DNA of 39,235 nt from a virus (IMGVR_UViG_3300037483_000224:1-39235), one strand, 5' to 3'; positions 8,835 through 18,486 are shown, counted from the stretch's first letter. The notes: generated by a model not told the origin, from the sequence alone. Numbers and translations are program-made.

Positions 8835-9031
8835 AAATTGCCTGTCTTTTCTTTCAGTTTAGCATATTCACCATCAAGGCGTTGTTGCGTTCCGCTTGTG
8901 TCTTTTCGCGCGGTGGTGGATTCTTTTTTGTTTTTGCCATCTTGGTAACGCTGATACCATCCCCGAATTAATTTATTGAGGTAGTACCCGGCCACCATAG
9001 CAACCACAGAAGCAGCGATTTTGAGAACCAT
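8831..9031 (-). CDS. Small N-terminally anchored membrane protein (possible spanin component)
   Basis: Hydrophobic IAASVVAMVAGYYL followed by a charged helical tail. Coupled to both neighbours. Confidence 0.55.
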   Translation of the reverse strand: MVLKIAASVVAMVAGYYLNKLIRGWYQRYQDGKNKKESTTARKDTSGTQQRLDGEYAKLKEKTGNL

Positions 9032-9579
9032 TATTCACACCCTAAAGCCCCGCGCCCTGCGGTGCTATATTCAACTTTACATTCGGTTTTCCACGCTGCA
9101 AAGCCGGAATCGATCGGCATAGGGTCATAGCCCGGCTTTAAAACATTGATAATCGCCATCCCGCGAGCTCGCATAATCTTCTCGATGCCCCCTGGATCGA
9201 CGTAGCGAATCTGCGCGATCGCCACCGCGATACCGTCGTGGCTTTCCTTCCAAGTGTGGTCAGTTACGAGATCCCGCCACGGCACTTCGATCACCTTATC
9301 CGTTACGCCGTAGGATTTTGAGAAATCTTTATAGTAAATCGTGACTTCGCCGCCCAGGATCTTGTCGCCCGTGGGAACGATCAAACGCCAGCCGGAGGAA
9401 ACAGTCGTTCCCTCTTTCACGCGGCAGATATCCGCACCACGGCCGGGCATGGCCTCGCACGCGGAAGCGATAAGCGTGTAGTCGTTAGCTTCAGCGGCCG
9501 CGATCGACGGATCGATCGGGAAGCTCTTACAAGCCTGGAGCGCGAGCCCCAGGCTGAAGATTATCGCGAAGTTTCGCAA
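9031..9579 (-). CDS. Putative lipoprotein
   Basis: MRNFAIIFSLGLALQA|C signal peptide with a lipobox-like LQAC, plus four further Cys. Confidence 0.7.
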   Translation of the reverse strand: MRNFAIIFSLGLALQACKSFPIDPSIAAAEANDYTLIASACEAMPGRGADICRVKEGTTVSSGWRLIVPTGDKILGGEVTIYYKDFSKSYGVTDKVIEVPWRDLVTDHTWKESHDGIAVAIAQIRYVDPGGIEKIMRARGMAIINVLKPGYDPMPIDSGFAAWKTECKVEYSTAGRGALGCE

Positions 9580-9582
9580 TGG

Positions 9583-9969
9583 TTACGCTCCGGCGGGTGC
9601 TTCGACAGGAGCTTCAAGCGCCGCGAGCTTAGCTTTCATCTCTTTGGCGTCGAGTACGATCCCGTAGAGTTTGTGCGCGATCTTGAGGCTTTGTTCAACA
9701 TAAACGCGGGCTTTTGGGGAATCGAGTACGAGCTTCGCGGAAACGTGCGCGAGAAGTTCTGCAACTTCTGATTCGTCGAGATCCTTTAACTCGTGCGGCA
9801 CAAGTGCTAGGTTTTCGACGCCGGGGCCGATATGCGGCACAAGGGTCATCACATGTCCGAGATCGTTCAAATCCACTTTACCATCAGCCGCCACCGCGAA
9901 ACCGGCTTTAGTTCCCGCGATTACTAGGTCAAGTGCTTCTTTTGTTTCTTTAATTCCGTACTGGCTCAT
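9583..9969 (-). CDS. Hypothetical protein in lysis cassette
   Basis: Start reassigned to ATG 9969 (MSQYGIKETKE; RBS GGGAG; ATGA overlap). Contains DGKVDLND. Confidence 0.7.
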   Translation of the reverse strand: MSQYGIKETKEALDLVIAGTKAGFAVAADGKVDLNDLGHVMTLVPHIGPGVENLALVPHELKDLDESEVAELLAHVSAKLVLDSPKARVYVEQSLKIAHKLYGIVLDAKEMKAKLAALEAPVEAPAGA

Positions 9970-10175
9970 TTCGATTCTCCCTTTTTGAATTTGTGGTACG
10001 CCCACAAGAATACCATGAACAGTCCTAGCGTGAAAAGTCCCAGGGTGGAGCCCGCCGGGATCTTCCTTTTAAGCGCCAGGTGGCCTATTAGCGCCTCGAT
10101 CACGAGGGTAAGCAGTCCAACCGCCGCTAAAGCGATCAACTGGCCTTCTAGGGAACTACAGTCGATGAGGGACAT
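9966..10175 (-). CDS. Small two-TM membrane protein (holin/antiholin-like)
   Basis: Two hydrophobic helices and a basic C-terminus, directly after the putative endolysin. Confidence 0.6.
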   Translation of the reverse strand: MSLIDCSSLEGQLIALAAVGLLTLVIEALIGHLALKRKIPAGSTLGLFTLGLFMVFLWAYHKFKKGESK

Positions 10176-10561
10176 GTGATCTCCAGGGTTATGTTTTTGA
10201 CCTTACGCATGCGCTTTAGGAGCGCCGCCATGGTGCGCTTACTGTCACCGATGAACGGGCTTTTCCCGTCCCAGGTACGTGCCACCAGGATGCAGCCTTC
10301 GGTATCTTCGGGTTTATTGCCGGGATGGATTCGTACGCCTTCAAAGCCAGGAACCCCTATCAATCTCGGAAGATCCACCTGGAAGCGAGGCGAGCGGTCG
10401 ATCACCACCTGGTACGTTCCGACCGGGATAGCGGTTTTCCCATAAATCTTCTCTTCGCGCTCAGGATCTTCGAGAGTGTAGGAAAACCGGGCACCATCGA
10501 TAAAGAGTTCGCCGATCGTCGCGGTATCGAGGTTCTTTATGCGTTTGAGCTCCAGCTTCAC
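10148..10561 (-). CDS. DUF5675-like putative endolysin (L,D-transpeptidase-like His/Cys motif)
   Basis: TIGELFIDG…TLED…TAIPVGTY…IHPGNKPEDTEGCILV. Flanked by membrane proteins. Confidence 0.75.
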   Translation of the reverse strand: MKLELKRIKNLDTATIGELFIDGARFSYTLEDPEREEKIYGKTAIPVGTYQVVIDRSPRFQVDLPRLIGVPGFEGVRIHPGNKPEDTEGCILVARTWDGKSPFIGDSKRTMAALLKRMRKVKNITLEITCPSSTVVP

Positions 10562-10821
10562 CGCGTAGCGAACCAGGAAACGATCGCGGAAACGATGGTT
10601 GCGACTCCTGCGGTCAGGGTGCCGAAAATTCCCACAGTAAACCAGGCCCCTTTGGTGTTCGCGATCTTTTCGTGAACTAGATCGCGCACGTGGTAGAAGT
10701 TAGTGTTATGCGCTAGTTGCGCTTGCCAGCGGCGTTCCTGATCCTGCATGTACTGAAGGATCAGCTTATCCCTGGAGTCTAGCTTTTCTTCGATCCGTGC
10801 AACCGCTACTTCTAGGTTCAT
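10558..10821 (-). CDS. Holin-like protein (coiled coil plus C-terminal TM)
   Basis: VARIEEKLD coiled coil and a C-terminal hydrophobic helix. GTGA overlap with the endolysin. Confidence 0.6.
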   Translation of the reverse strand: MNLEVAVARIEEKLDSRDKLILQYMQDQERRWQAQLAHNTNFYHVRDLVHEKIANTKGAWFTVGIFGTLTAGVATIVSAIVSWFATR

Positions 10822-10824
10822 GCT

Positions 10825-13050
10825 TTAGATCCCCATGCAAGCCAACGTAAATTCCCCTGTATCGGCGGCATTAGAGGTATTCCGCTGTTTAGTCGTGAGA
10901 CTTGTCACAGAGTTCAAAACAACATGCGGAATTCTAGTTGTGGCGGTGGCGTTTGAAGTAGCCCAACAATAGATACTTGAGGCATAAACCGGGTTCAAGG
11001 TCACTGTGCAGTCCCCCGCCACTCCCGCATAAGCAACACTGTCGATCCAGTCGCCCATTTGGGAAACCAAGTCGCATGTAGTAGTAGCCGCCATGTTTAT
11101 CTGTGCCACGTTTACTTTAGCACCAAGCTGATTATCGGTGGTCACTAAATTCGTGAACTTAATCGCGTCTTGGAATTCGATCTTGCGACGAACCGTGATC
11201 TTCATGTCACGTTGACCACTTGCTGCGGCTCGATCTATTTCCACTAGGCTTGAACTTGCCGCGCCCGACGCAGTTTGTTCGTACATTAAGCGAACCGTTC
11301 GCTTTGACGTGTCAGAAAAACTAAATGTTCCGCAAGTACGAACAGGCGTTCCAGAATTTCCAGCGGCACCGGAATTGAACCTGAAAGCGGCCCTTCCGCC
11401 TCCCTCTTGCGTAAGCGTTTGCGCATTGTTTGGAGTTTCAATTAGCTGAAAGGTCGGATTGATCGCGCCGCTCACTCCGATCACCGCACTGTAAGGAAAC
11501 TCAGCACAAACTTCGTATTGCCCCGCTGTAGGCGGCGTGAAAGCTACGCCGAGCGATTCACTACCTGCCGAGCAAGTTAACCCGCTTGAAGGATTCGTAG
11601 TGGAGCAGGGAATTTCCGCTGCGGCGGAACCGCTGCGAAGCACCATGTCTAATCCGGCATTAATAATTTCAGTGTAAGAAGCAACCGCACCAAGGCCCAA
11701 AGATGGATTCGCCCCGCCTATGTTCGCGTCGATGTACCAACCGGACTTATCGACGGAAATAGATTGTTGGGGCATTTCTTCCGCCCAACCAACGATCGGG
11801 ACGCATAAATCACGAATAATAACTTTGTTTCCAGCTAAACCTGCAATAGTACTGGCATTTACAGTTGTGTATGTTTGAGTTGCCCCTTGTGGGGCCAAAA
11901 ATACGCGATCATCGTTTGTGCCGTCAACAGCAAAACGTCCGGCAGAGTTGGCACTCCCATATACTTGGTGGTTTGCATTATTTAATGTTCCCCACTCACC
12001 CACATCCCAAATTAGGCTAGAACTTGGTGCGGCTTTCGTTAAATCTATAGGATAAGCAGAATCTAATGTCATGTATGCGGTAGCCGCTGCCGCTGTCCCA
12101 ACGGCGAACGTGCCGCGAATACACAGCTTGTCCGCCTCGCGTTTTTTCCAAAAACCGTCAACGGTTACGGCCCCGAAATTCTGTGGAACAACAACTGTAT
12201 CGTCACGAATCCATGGAGTATCAACTATATTATCGACTTGAAACTGATCTTGCCCGATCTTTACATCGTCGAAAAAGTGTTCCGCAGCGTCAGCGTTGGC
12301 GAGAAATCGCGGTTGAATCGTGCCGCTTGAAGGGCAAGTGAAGTAAAGTTGCTGTTTCGTCGAATAGTTAGTTGAAGCAACAAGCGCGTCGCCTTCCGCG
12401 ATTACGCTTGACCCGTCGTAAACCTGCGGAACAATATTCCCATCGCCGCCCTTGTAGTAGAAGGAAAGCGTGCAGATTTTTCCGAAGAGGCCGGAAGGAA
12501 CGTCAACGGCTTGGCCGGAGAGTGTTTCGCCACCGGCGGAAGCATCCCAGGATGCGGCTTTCAAGCCAAACGCTACGTTAGCCGCTGTTTCCGTAATCGT
12601 AAGAACGCTACTGCCCGATGCAGTCCAATTCAGCGCACCATCTTCAAAACCAGAGTTTTCATTGAGTAAAACTCCCCCACCGCCGCCTCCACCGGAGCCA
12701 ACCGCTTTAAAAAGTGCGCCATCGTTGGAAAATTCCCAACGTGCCAGCGATTCGTTCCACTTCATTTCCGGGTTAGAACCGCCTCGATTAACGATTAACC
12801 GTACATCTTCCGCAAGCCCACGACCAAAAGTGAAAAGCTTAGAAAAAAACTTAAAATCAAGGTCGGTAGCATCCGAAGAAATTTTTGGGTTATTCGCACC
12901 GGCGTTTTGCTCGATCTCGATTACCTTTACGGCGCTGGATGCTTTCCGGCCCAGGATCAAGAGATCCGACTGAATTTTCTCAGGGGCGGCCCAGGCCACT
13001 ACGGCCAGAATTAAAATCCCGAGAACGCTGTAAATCGCTAGTTTTTTCAT
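10825..13050 (-). CDS. Tail fibre-like protein with N-terminal signal peptide and CBM-like domain
   Basis: Follows the baseplate/fibre genes. Shows the VNRGG.NP..KWNE…WEFSNDG fibre motif, a poly-Gly linker and a NSGFEDG..NW CBM4/9-like start. N-terminus is MKKLAIYSVLGILILAVVAWA. Confidence 0.7.
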   Translation of the reverse strand: MKKLAIYSVLGILILAVVAWAAPEKIQSDLLILGRKASSAVKVIEIEQNAGANNPKISSDATDLDFKFFSKLFTFGRGLAEDVRLIVNRGGSNPEMKWNESLARWEFSNDGALFKAVGSGGGGGGGVLLNENSGFEDGALNWTASGSSVLTITETAANVAFGLKAASWDASAGGETLSGQAVDVPSGLFGKICTLSFYYKGGDGNIVPQVYDGSSVIAEGDALVASTNYSTKQQLYFTCPSSGTIQPRFLANADAAEHFFDDVKIGQDQFQVDNIVDTPWIRDDTVVVPQNFGAVTVDGFWKKREADKLCIRGTFAVGTAAAATAYMTLDSAYPIDLTKAAPSSSLIWDVGEWGTLNNANHQVYGSANSAGRFAVDGTNDDRVFLAPQGATQTYTTVNASTIAGLAGNKVIIRDLCVPIVGWAEEMPQQSISVDKSGWYIDANIGGANPSLGLGAVASYTEIINAGLDMVLRSGSAAAEIPCSTTNPSSGLTCSAGSESLGVAFTPPTAGQYEVCAEFPYSAVIGVSGAINPTFQLIETPNNAQTLTQEGGGRAAFRFNSGAAGNSGTPVRTCGTFSFSDTSKRTVRLMYEQTASGAASSSLVEIDRAAASGQRDMKITVRRKIEFQDAIKFTNLVTTDNQLGAKVNVAQINMAATTTCDLVSQMGDWIDSVAYAGVAGDCTVTLNPVYASSIYCWATSNATATTRIPHVVLNSVTSLTTKQRNTSNAADTGEFTLACMGI

Positions 13051-13055
13051 GTGTC

Positions 13056-14042
13056 TTACTCCGTTAATGTTCCAGAAAGTGACGCGGCTCCGTTGAGATC
13101 ATCGATCTCAGTATCGCAGTTCGCGAAACGTGTGTCACGGATCATAGCATAATCCGCACCGGCCGCGATCTCGATCGCCTTATCGCCCGCCGTAGAGAAG
13201 CCAGAAAACCTGCCTCCGTTTATGCGGATACCGTCGCCGGTAAGCTGTAACCCCTTGGTGGCTGTTCCCTTGGAAAGCGTTACACCGGGTTTAAAATCGA
13301 TCTGAATATTGTTCAACGACACGACGATCATCGTATCGACCGTTTCATTCTGCGCCTGTAGGATGCGACTTCCCGCGCCCACGGCCGCCAGGGCAAGCGC
13401 CAGGGAGGTATGTGTTGCGTCCGGTCCGGAACCCACCACCGCATCGTACCCGCCAGCGCCGCTGAGATTTAAAACTGTGCGCTCGTCGGTTACATCGCCC
13501 ACCGCGATCCCTGAAGCGGCCGTAACGAGCACTTGACCAATGCGTAAGTAGCCCGCCGGAGTCGCTGGAGCCACTGGCGAGCCATCCGGCGTACCTGTGA
13601 CTAAAATGCAGTCAGCCGCCCAATCCTTCTGCACAACCTGGGTCGGAGAAGTAATTACCGAAGTGGCTGCGTCTTTAAATTTTCTCGTGGCGGAAAGCTC
13701 ATCAGCGAGCTCTGCCTTAACACACACGATATCGATACGGTCCAGTGACGCGTGCGGCGTTTCGATAATTAACTGCGCTTGTGCTGATAAATACAGCGGC
13801 TTTTGTTCTGGCTCAGGAGAAACGGCCGCTGAATCCTCTTGAATTCCTAGCCCGGCTCGCAGACTAACCGTGTTGGCATTTACCCGTTCCGGTAAAAAGC
13901 CGTCACTGAAAAACGCATCCGTCGATCGGAGCAAAAGCTCATGGAGAAATCGATCGAATAACCCGCGCTCGATCGCTGCACTAATATCGTTTAGATCCTC
14001 GTGCGTGATCTCCATTCCGTCATTAAAATTTCGTCTTGGCAT
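13056..14042 (-). CDS. Baseplate-attached tail fibre/spike protein with C-terminal beta-helix
   Basis: RIDIVCV…GTP…PVAPATPAGYL N-terminal anchor motif. C-terminal HTSLALAL…/GIRINGGRF pectin-lyase-like repeats. Confidence 0.7.
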   Translation of the reverse strand: MPRRNFNDGMEITHEDLNDISAAIERGLFDRFLHELLLRSTDAFFSDGFLPERVNANTVSLRAGLGIQEDSAAVSPEPEQKPLYLSAQAQLIIETPHASLDRIDIVCVKAELADELSATRKFKDAATSVITSPTQVVQKDWAADCILVTGTPDGSPVAPATPAGYLRIGQVLVTAASGIAVGDVTDERTVLNLSGAGGYDAVVGSGPDATHTSLALALAAVGAGSRILQAQNETVDTMIVVSLNNIQIDFKPGVTLSKGTATKGLQLTGDGIRINGGRFSGFSTAGDKAIEIAAGADYAMIRDTRFANCDTEIDDLNGAASLSGTLTE

Positions 14043-14046
14043 CGCC

Positions 14047-14670
14047 TTACTCCCTTATTTTCTCAAATACCCTAAACAAACAACCAGCCGCACGCGCCGC
14101 CTCTACGGCCGCTACTACGCTTGCGAAAACCTCATCGCTTGAAGTGTACCGCCCATAAAAATCTTCGCGCCCACAGAAGTGCTCTCGATCGCAAAACGAG
14201 TAAGGCGCATGTACCTGGAAAGGAATAAGCACAGAAAACGCATCCTTGATGATCTGGCTAAGAAGGATCGAGTTCGGCGTGATAAAGTTTTCTCGATCGC
14301 AAAAAATCTGTGCATTGTAATCCTCAGTAATAATAGATTCGCCGTTTATGAGGATGGCGTCAACTAGTGCTTTGATCGCGACTATGTGGGAATTGTTTAC
14401 TATATACCTGATTCTGTTGGCAAAAGCCGCGTCGCCTTCACCGGGTAGGCGAAAAACTTTCCGCTCGTGCCCGTGAAGATCCACCACGTCGCCCTGCGCC
14501 GTAAGAATGAACGTTTCTGCCAGGTGCTCAGCGATTCGCTCCTCACAATCGGCGAGAACGGCCGCCAGGGCATTGAAATAAGCCTTGGAATTCTTGTCGC
14601 GCTCAAAGAACCAGGAGGGAACCCAGGATCTAAGCCGCTCGCTCCATTCTTCTTTTGTTGGTCCAGCCAT
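14047..14670 (-). CDS. Baseplate wedge protein (P2 gpI-like)
   Basis: TAQGDVVDLHG…RLPGEGDAAFANRI motif, immediately after baseplate J. Confidence 0.75.
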   Translation of the reverse strand: MAGPTKEEWSERLRSWVPSWFFERDKNSKAYFNALAAVLADCEERIAEHLAETFILTAQGDVVDLHGHERKVFRLPGEGDAAFANRIRYIVNNSHIVAIKALVDAILINGESIITEDYNAQIFCDRENFITPNSILLSQIIKDAFSVLIPFQVHAPYSFCDREHFCGREDFYGRYTSSDEVFASVVAAVEAARAAGCLFRVFEKIRE

Positions 14671-15854
14671 TAAATTGTTACCGTCCCAGGAATTACTTTC
14701 TCATTTTCCGCGATCGACACGTTACCCGAAGGCACAGTCGTTGAGAATCCGCCGGAAACTAGGTCGCCCGTTCCGGCCGGTCCCCAAACGCTCAGGATAT
14801 GCGCGTTCGCAGCGATAAAGTTGAAATCTTCGCCGATCGCGAGATCCGCAAGGTACTGAGTCATCGAATCGATGATCGGCTGCGGATCGTCCACAAGATC
14901 TGCGTAGTTAGGACCACCTGGGTCAAGCGTAATCACGCCGGTCCAGTTGATCGTCACGCCTACCGCTCCGAGCACCACGATTCGCACACCACAAGCGCGA
15001 ACAGACGCGATCGCCACTTCTACGGCCGCGATTAGCGCAGGTGAAGCGCCGCCATTCGCGTCAGCAATGTAAAGCGAAGGGAAAGCGATGCGAAAGAAAT
15101 CCCCCACGGGGGCACCGCCACCGATATCCCATTCCTTGACCGGCATTTCCTTTTCGATCAGGGTAGCGGTTTCTACGCCGACCACGGTAAGCGCCTTGGC
15201 CTCGATCGCCGCGACTGTTGCGCCTTTTAAAGTCTCGATCTGGTTACGAATAAACTCACGATATTCGGCATCGTTCTGAATCGCCGCGCCGCCCGCGAAT
15301 GCCTCATCGTTCGTTACCACGATGCTCGCATCCGTGAGAGTAGACTCGATCACGTCTACTGTTGCCGCGAGTACGTTCCCTTCTGTGCCCGCGATCGCCG
15401 CTTCTACAGAAGCATTAATCGAAAGGCCGGTCATCGTTACTTCCGCTAGGGTTACGAATCTTTGCGATACACCGTTTGCATTGTTCTCGGTTTTTACTAC
15501 CGTACCCACAGGAATCGTTACGTTCCCCGCGCCAGTGGTGGGCCGAGAGAATGTTACGACGCCGGTTGCTTTGGCCGCCTGGGGGCGAGCGAACTGATCG
15601 CCAAAATGGTCAACCGCCAAGGTTTGAAGATCATCCGGCCCGCCGGTAATCTCCGGTCCATGCGCCATGGAGAAAAAGGTTTTACGAAAATCGGTTACGA
15701 CGCGGGCCACGATCTCGCGCACCGCTACGCTTGTTACGCCGGAAACGATATCTAGCGTCGAGCCTTCGTTCTCGTCGTTGATCTCATCCGTTTGAGAAGT
15801 AAATTCTGTGAGAAATTCTTCCTGTAACTCAGCCTGTGTTTTTAATTCAGCCAT
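14670..15854 (-). CDS. Baseplate J-like wedge protein
   Basis: ATGVVTFSR…IPVGTVV…VEAAIAGTEGNV…GGAAIQNDAEYR. Confidence 0.9.
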   Translation of the reverse strand: MAELKTQAELQEEFLTEFTSQTDEINDENEGSTLDIVSGVTSVAVREIVARVVTDFRKTFFSMAHGPEITGGPDDLQTLAVDHFGDQFARPQAAKATGVVTFSRPTTGAGNVTIPVGTVVKTENNANGVSQRFVTLAEVTMTGLSINASVEAAIAGTEGNVLAATVDVIESTLTDASIVVTNDEAFAGGAAIQNDAEYREFIRNQIETLKGATVAAIEAKALTVVGVETATLIEKEMPVKEWDIGGGAPVGDFFRIAFPSLYIADANGGASPALIAAVEVAIASVRACGVRIVVLGAVGVTINWTGVITLDPGGPNYADLVDDPQPIIDSMTQYLADLAIGEDFNFIAANAHILSVWGPAGTGDLVSGGFSTTVPSGNVSIAENEKVIPGTVTI

Positions 15855-16258
15855 TAGACGCTTTCTCCAAACGGTATAAATTCGAGCGTAGTTTCATCGT
15901 ACCCGCGTACCTTGACGCGTACAACGATAACAACTTTGTCCGGCTCCTCGTCGCTTACGGCCGCCACGGAAAGCGAAGTCACTTCCTCGATTCGAGGATC
16001 TTGTAAAAATTGCTCTTGAACGACGCTTGCGAGCTTTCGCTGATTCGCCAGTGAGTTAGGCGAATTCAGGAAGGTCTTGATACCTACGCCATAATCGGGC
16101 CGGTGGATGAGCGAGCCCTTTTCCGTGATAAGCCGGTGGAATAGCGCAGTTTTCACGTTCGCAAGGCCCGTCTGTACGTCGAAATCCTTTTTGGCCGTAG
16201 GGAGAAGATCCGCTACGTGCGCGATATCGGTGCCCAAAATTTCATTCAAAAGTGCCAT
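15854..16258 (-). CDS. Baseplate wedge / sheath initiator (gp25/gpW-like)
   Basis: RLITEKGSLIHRPDYGVGI…QDPRIEEV. Confidence 0.88.
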   Translation of the reverse strand: MALLNEILGTDIAHVADLLPTAKKDFDVQTGLANVKTALFHRLITEKGSLIHRPDYGVGIKTFLNSPNSLANQRKLASVVQEQFLQDPRIEEVTSLSVAAVSDEEPDKVVIVVRVKVRGYDETTLEFIPFGESV

Positions 16259-16470
16259 TAAGTAATCGTCCCTGTACCGGTCACTTGTCCGCTAAAAGAG
16301 TCCAGCATATTGGTAGGGTTAACCACCGCGTTCGCTGTAATATGATTGATTATAGCAGTAGCCATGGCATCGCAAAAGCACTGGAGTTTGGTGTCATCAT
16401 CAGCCGTGCCGTAGCACGACACGATTTGTGCTTTAATCTCGCCTGAAAGTCCGGGAATACTGAGGGCCAT
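16258..16470 (-). CDS. Small baseplate-associated protein (spike-tip position)
   Basis: Between spike and gp25-like genes, coupled to the downstream start. Ends in VTGTGTIT. Confidence 0.55.
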   Translation of the reverse strand: MALSIPGLSGEIKAQIVSCYGTADDDTKLQCFCDAMATAIINHITANAVVNPTNMLDSFSGQVTGTGTIT

Positions 16471-16473
16471 CGC

Positions 16474-17091
16474 TTATTTCTCCGTTTTCGCTAGATCGGA
16501 AAGTATGTTTCCATTGTCCACCGGGCTAGACTTTTGGGCCAGAAAGTTCGACGCATTATCCGGTACAGTGGTTTTGTAGCCTAGGTTTCCGATATGAGTA
16601 TGCACGGAAATATAGTCGAGTACCGCACTCATCATAGTTTGAAACACCGTTCCGAGCACTAGCGGCTGCGTGGGAATGCTGTCAGGACGGGCCAAATATA
16701 CCGCTGTATCAGAGATCGCCCGTGTGGCCTTACCGCTCAGTGCTTTTAGGATTAAATCACCGCTATCGGCCTCCTGGGGGATCTTATCCACCTTCGAGCT
16801 CAGTTTGCGGATCACGAATGCCTGGTCATCATCGCCCTCGGCGAGCCCCAGGAGCACAAGGTCATCGGGCACGGGCAGTTGATAGACGCCGGAGCTCGGT
16901 CCTACGAATTCCCAAGTCATACGCGCTACGATCTCACGCTGCTCAGGGAACACGGAGGCGATCACGCGAAGCGTAGAGCGATCGGTCGCCATTTCCAGAC
17001 GCTTCACCAGTGCCACAACGATATGTAGTCGCTTATCGCGAAGGATCTCTTTCAGAAGCTCTAAATCTAATGGGCCTCGGCCGCCAGCCAT
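16474..17091 (-). CDS. Baseplate central spike (gpV-like)
   Basis: OB-fold region (LPVPDDLVLLG..EGD) and a C-terminal HTH (HxH) metal-binding apex motif, SVHTHIGNLG. Confidence 0.85.
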   Translation of the reverse strand: MAGGRGPLDLELLKEILRDKRLHIVVALVKRLEMATDRSTLRVIASVFPEQREIVARMTWEFVGPSSGVYQLPVPDDLVLLGLAEGDDDQAFVIRKLSSKVDKIPQEADSGDLILKALSGKATRAISDTAVYLARPDSIPTQPLVLGTVFQTMMSAVLDYISVHTHIGNLGYKTTVPDNASNFLAQKSSPVDNGNILSDLAKTEK

Positions 17092-18486
17092 TTAACCCCC
17101 CAATCCTAGCCCACGAGTAGGCGTTTCGATAAAGTTGATGAAATCTACGTCGATTTGAAAGCCATTCTCCTGGTCGATCGTGAACTTCACCGACTTAGTG
17201 TAGAAGATCATGGGAAAGCGGCCAAGCGATTCCGCTAAAACTTGCGCGACCTTCGGCTCGTAGCATCTTTGCGTCAGAAACTTTACTTTTTCGCTTGTCG
17301 ATCCCGCTTTACTCAACCCCTTGAGATCCCCCTGGTCAATCTCGATCGATACCGGCGTTCCATTGCGTAGGAGTAGGATATCAAAGCAACGATTTTGGCC
17401 GTCTACCGTTTCCATCTCTTGAGTCATAAAACTGCCTTCAATCTGTTGGCGGCCGATCTCCTCGTAAATCTTTTGTGCGACCTCGATAAGCTGATCCTTC
17501 GATCCGATATTCGATACGCGGAAAGCAATGAATGGTGCATCTTTGGGCTCGCCCGGAGTTCCGTCAGCATTCATGTTGGGAATCTGAATTCGCTTCTGTG
17601 GGATTCCCGTAGCGAGCGACCAATCATCTTTGGACTCTTCAGGGATCACCGCTTCGATTACTTGCTTCGATTCCACCAGGAGGCTGCGCACGACAATGTT
17701 GAAGTTCTTCATGCGGCCGATCTTGCGTTTAAACTCCAGGGTTTTTAGATTCTTCCCGTAGATGAATCGCTTAGCTTGTTTCTTATCGTAGAGCACACGC
17801 GGCTTCGAGATCACCAGGCGATCGAGCTCGATGTACGCGATAAGGCCCGCCCTCGAAACAAGATCCTGAATCACGTCCCAATACGATTCGTTTCGCTTGG
17901 TGTTTTTCTTCGTGCCCATTTCATTGAAGTCGGGGGCGAACTGACCGAGGTTCGGTAAAGCTCCGATCACGCGGTTATCGAGGCTTAGCTTCGCCTGGAG
18001 GTTTGACGGGAGCTCTACGAGAAGCTGCGAAAGGATCTGATCCACGGTTCGGTTAAGATCGATCGGTCCGCCGCGATACTTCTCATCAATGAGGAGCGCG
18101 GTAAAGTCTCTACCCTCCAGGCGCACGACTCGCGACTGTTCATCCAGTTTGATCCCTTCCTCGTCAGCAAAACCGATGAACACCGTGTTGTTCTCATTTG
18201 GAATGATCTGATTCAAGGCATTGTTGTCTTGGAAAAGTTTCCCCATGTTCTGCATGGAGATCGTTACGCCGCATGCGCGAATAGTTCTAGGATCGAATGG
18301 AAATTGTTTATAATCGATCTCACAGTCAAACGAATCGGCCTGAGTGTAATCGTTAATGTTCACCGTTACGCGCCTTGCGACGATCGGGAGCGCGTACACT
18401 TGCTGAAGACTCGCAACCTGGTCGCGACCGAAATCTTCCCATACCACTCTTAGCGTCATTGCTGCCTGGGGGTAGTAGAAACTCAT
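17092..18486 (-). CDS. Baseplate hub (P2 gpD / Mu gp44-like)
   Basis: ADSFDCEI…LEGRDFTALLID…ESYWDVIQDL. Located between the LysM protein and the spike. Confidence 0.8.
   Translation of the reverse strand: MSFYYPQAAMTLRVVWEDFGRDQVASLQQVYALPIVARRVTVNINDYTQADSFDCEIDYKQFPFDPRTIRACGVTISMQNMGKLFQDNNALNQIIPNENNTVFIGFADEEGIKLDEQSRVVRLEGRDFTALLIDEKYRGGPIDLNRTVDQILSQLLVELPSNLQAKLSLDNRVIGALPNLGQFAPDFNEMGTKKNTKRNESYWDVIQDLVSRAGLIAYIELDRLVISKPRVLYDKKQAKRFIYGKNLKTLEFKRKIGRMKNFNIVVRSLLVESKQVIEAVIPEESKDDWSLATGIPQKRIQIPNMNADGTPGEPKDAPFIAFRVSNIGSKDQLIEVAQKIYEEIGRQQIEGSFMTQEMETVDGQNRCFDILLLRNGTPVSIEIDQGDLKGLSKAGSTSEKVKFLTQRCYEPKVAQVLAESLGRFPMIFYTKSVKFTIDQENGFQIDVDFINFIETPTRGLGLGG

Noticed and set aside
12674-12700. 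Poly-Gly coding run as a phase-variable repeat
   Set aside because: Codons are mixed (GGT/GGA/GGC/GGG), so it reads as a protein linker rather than a slippage tract.
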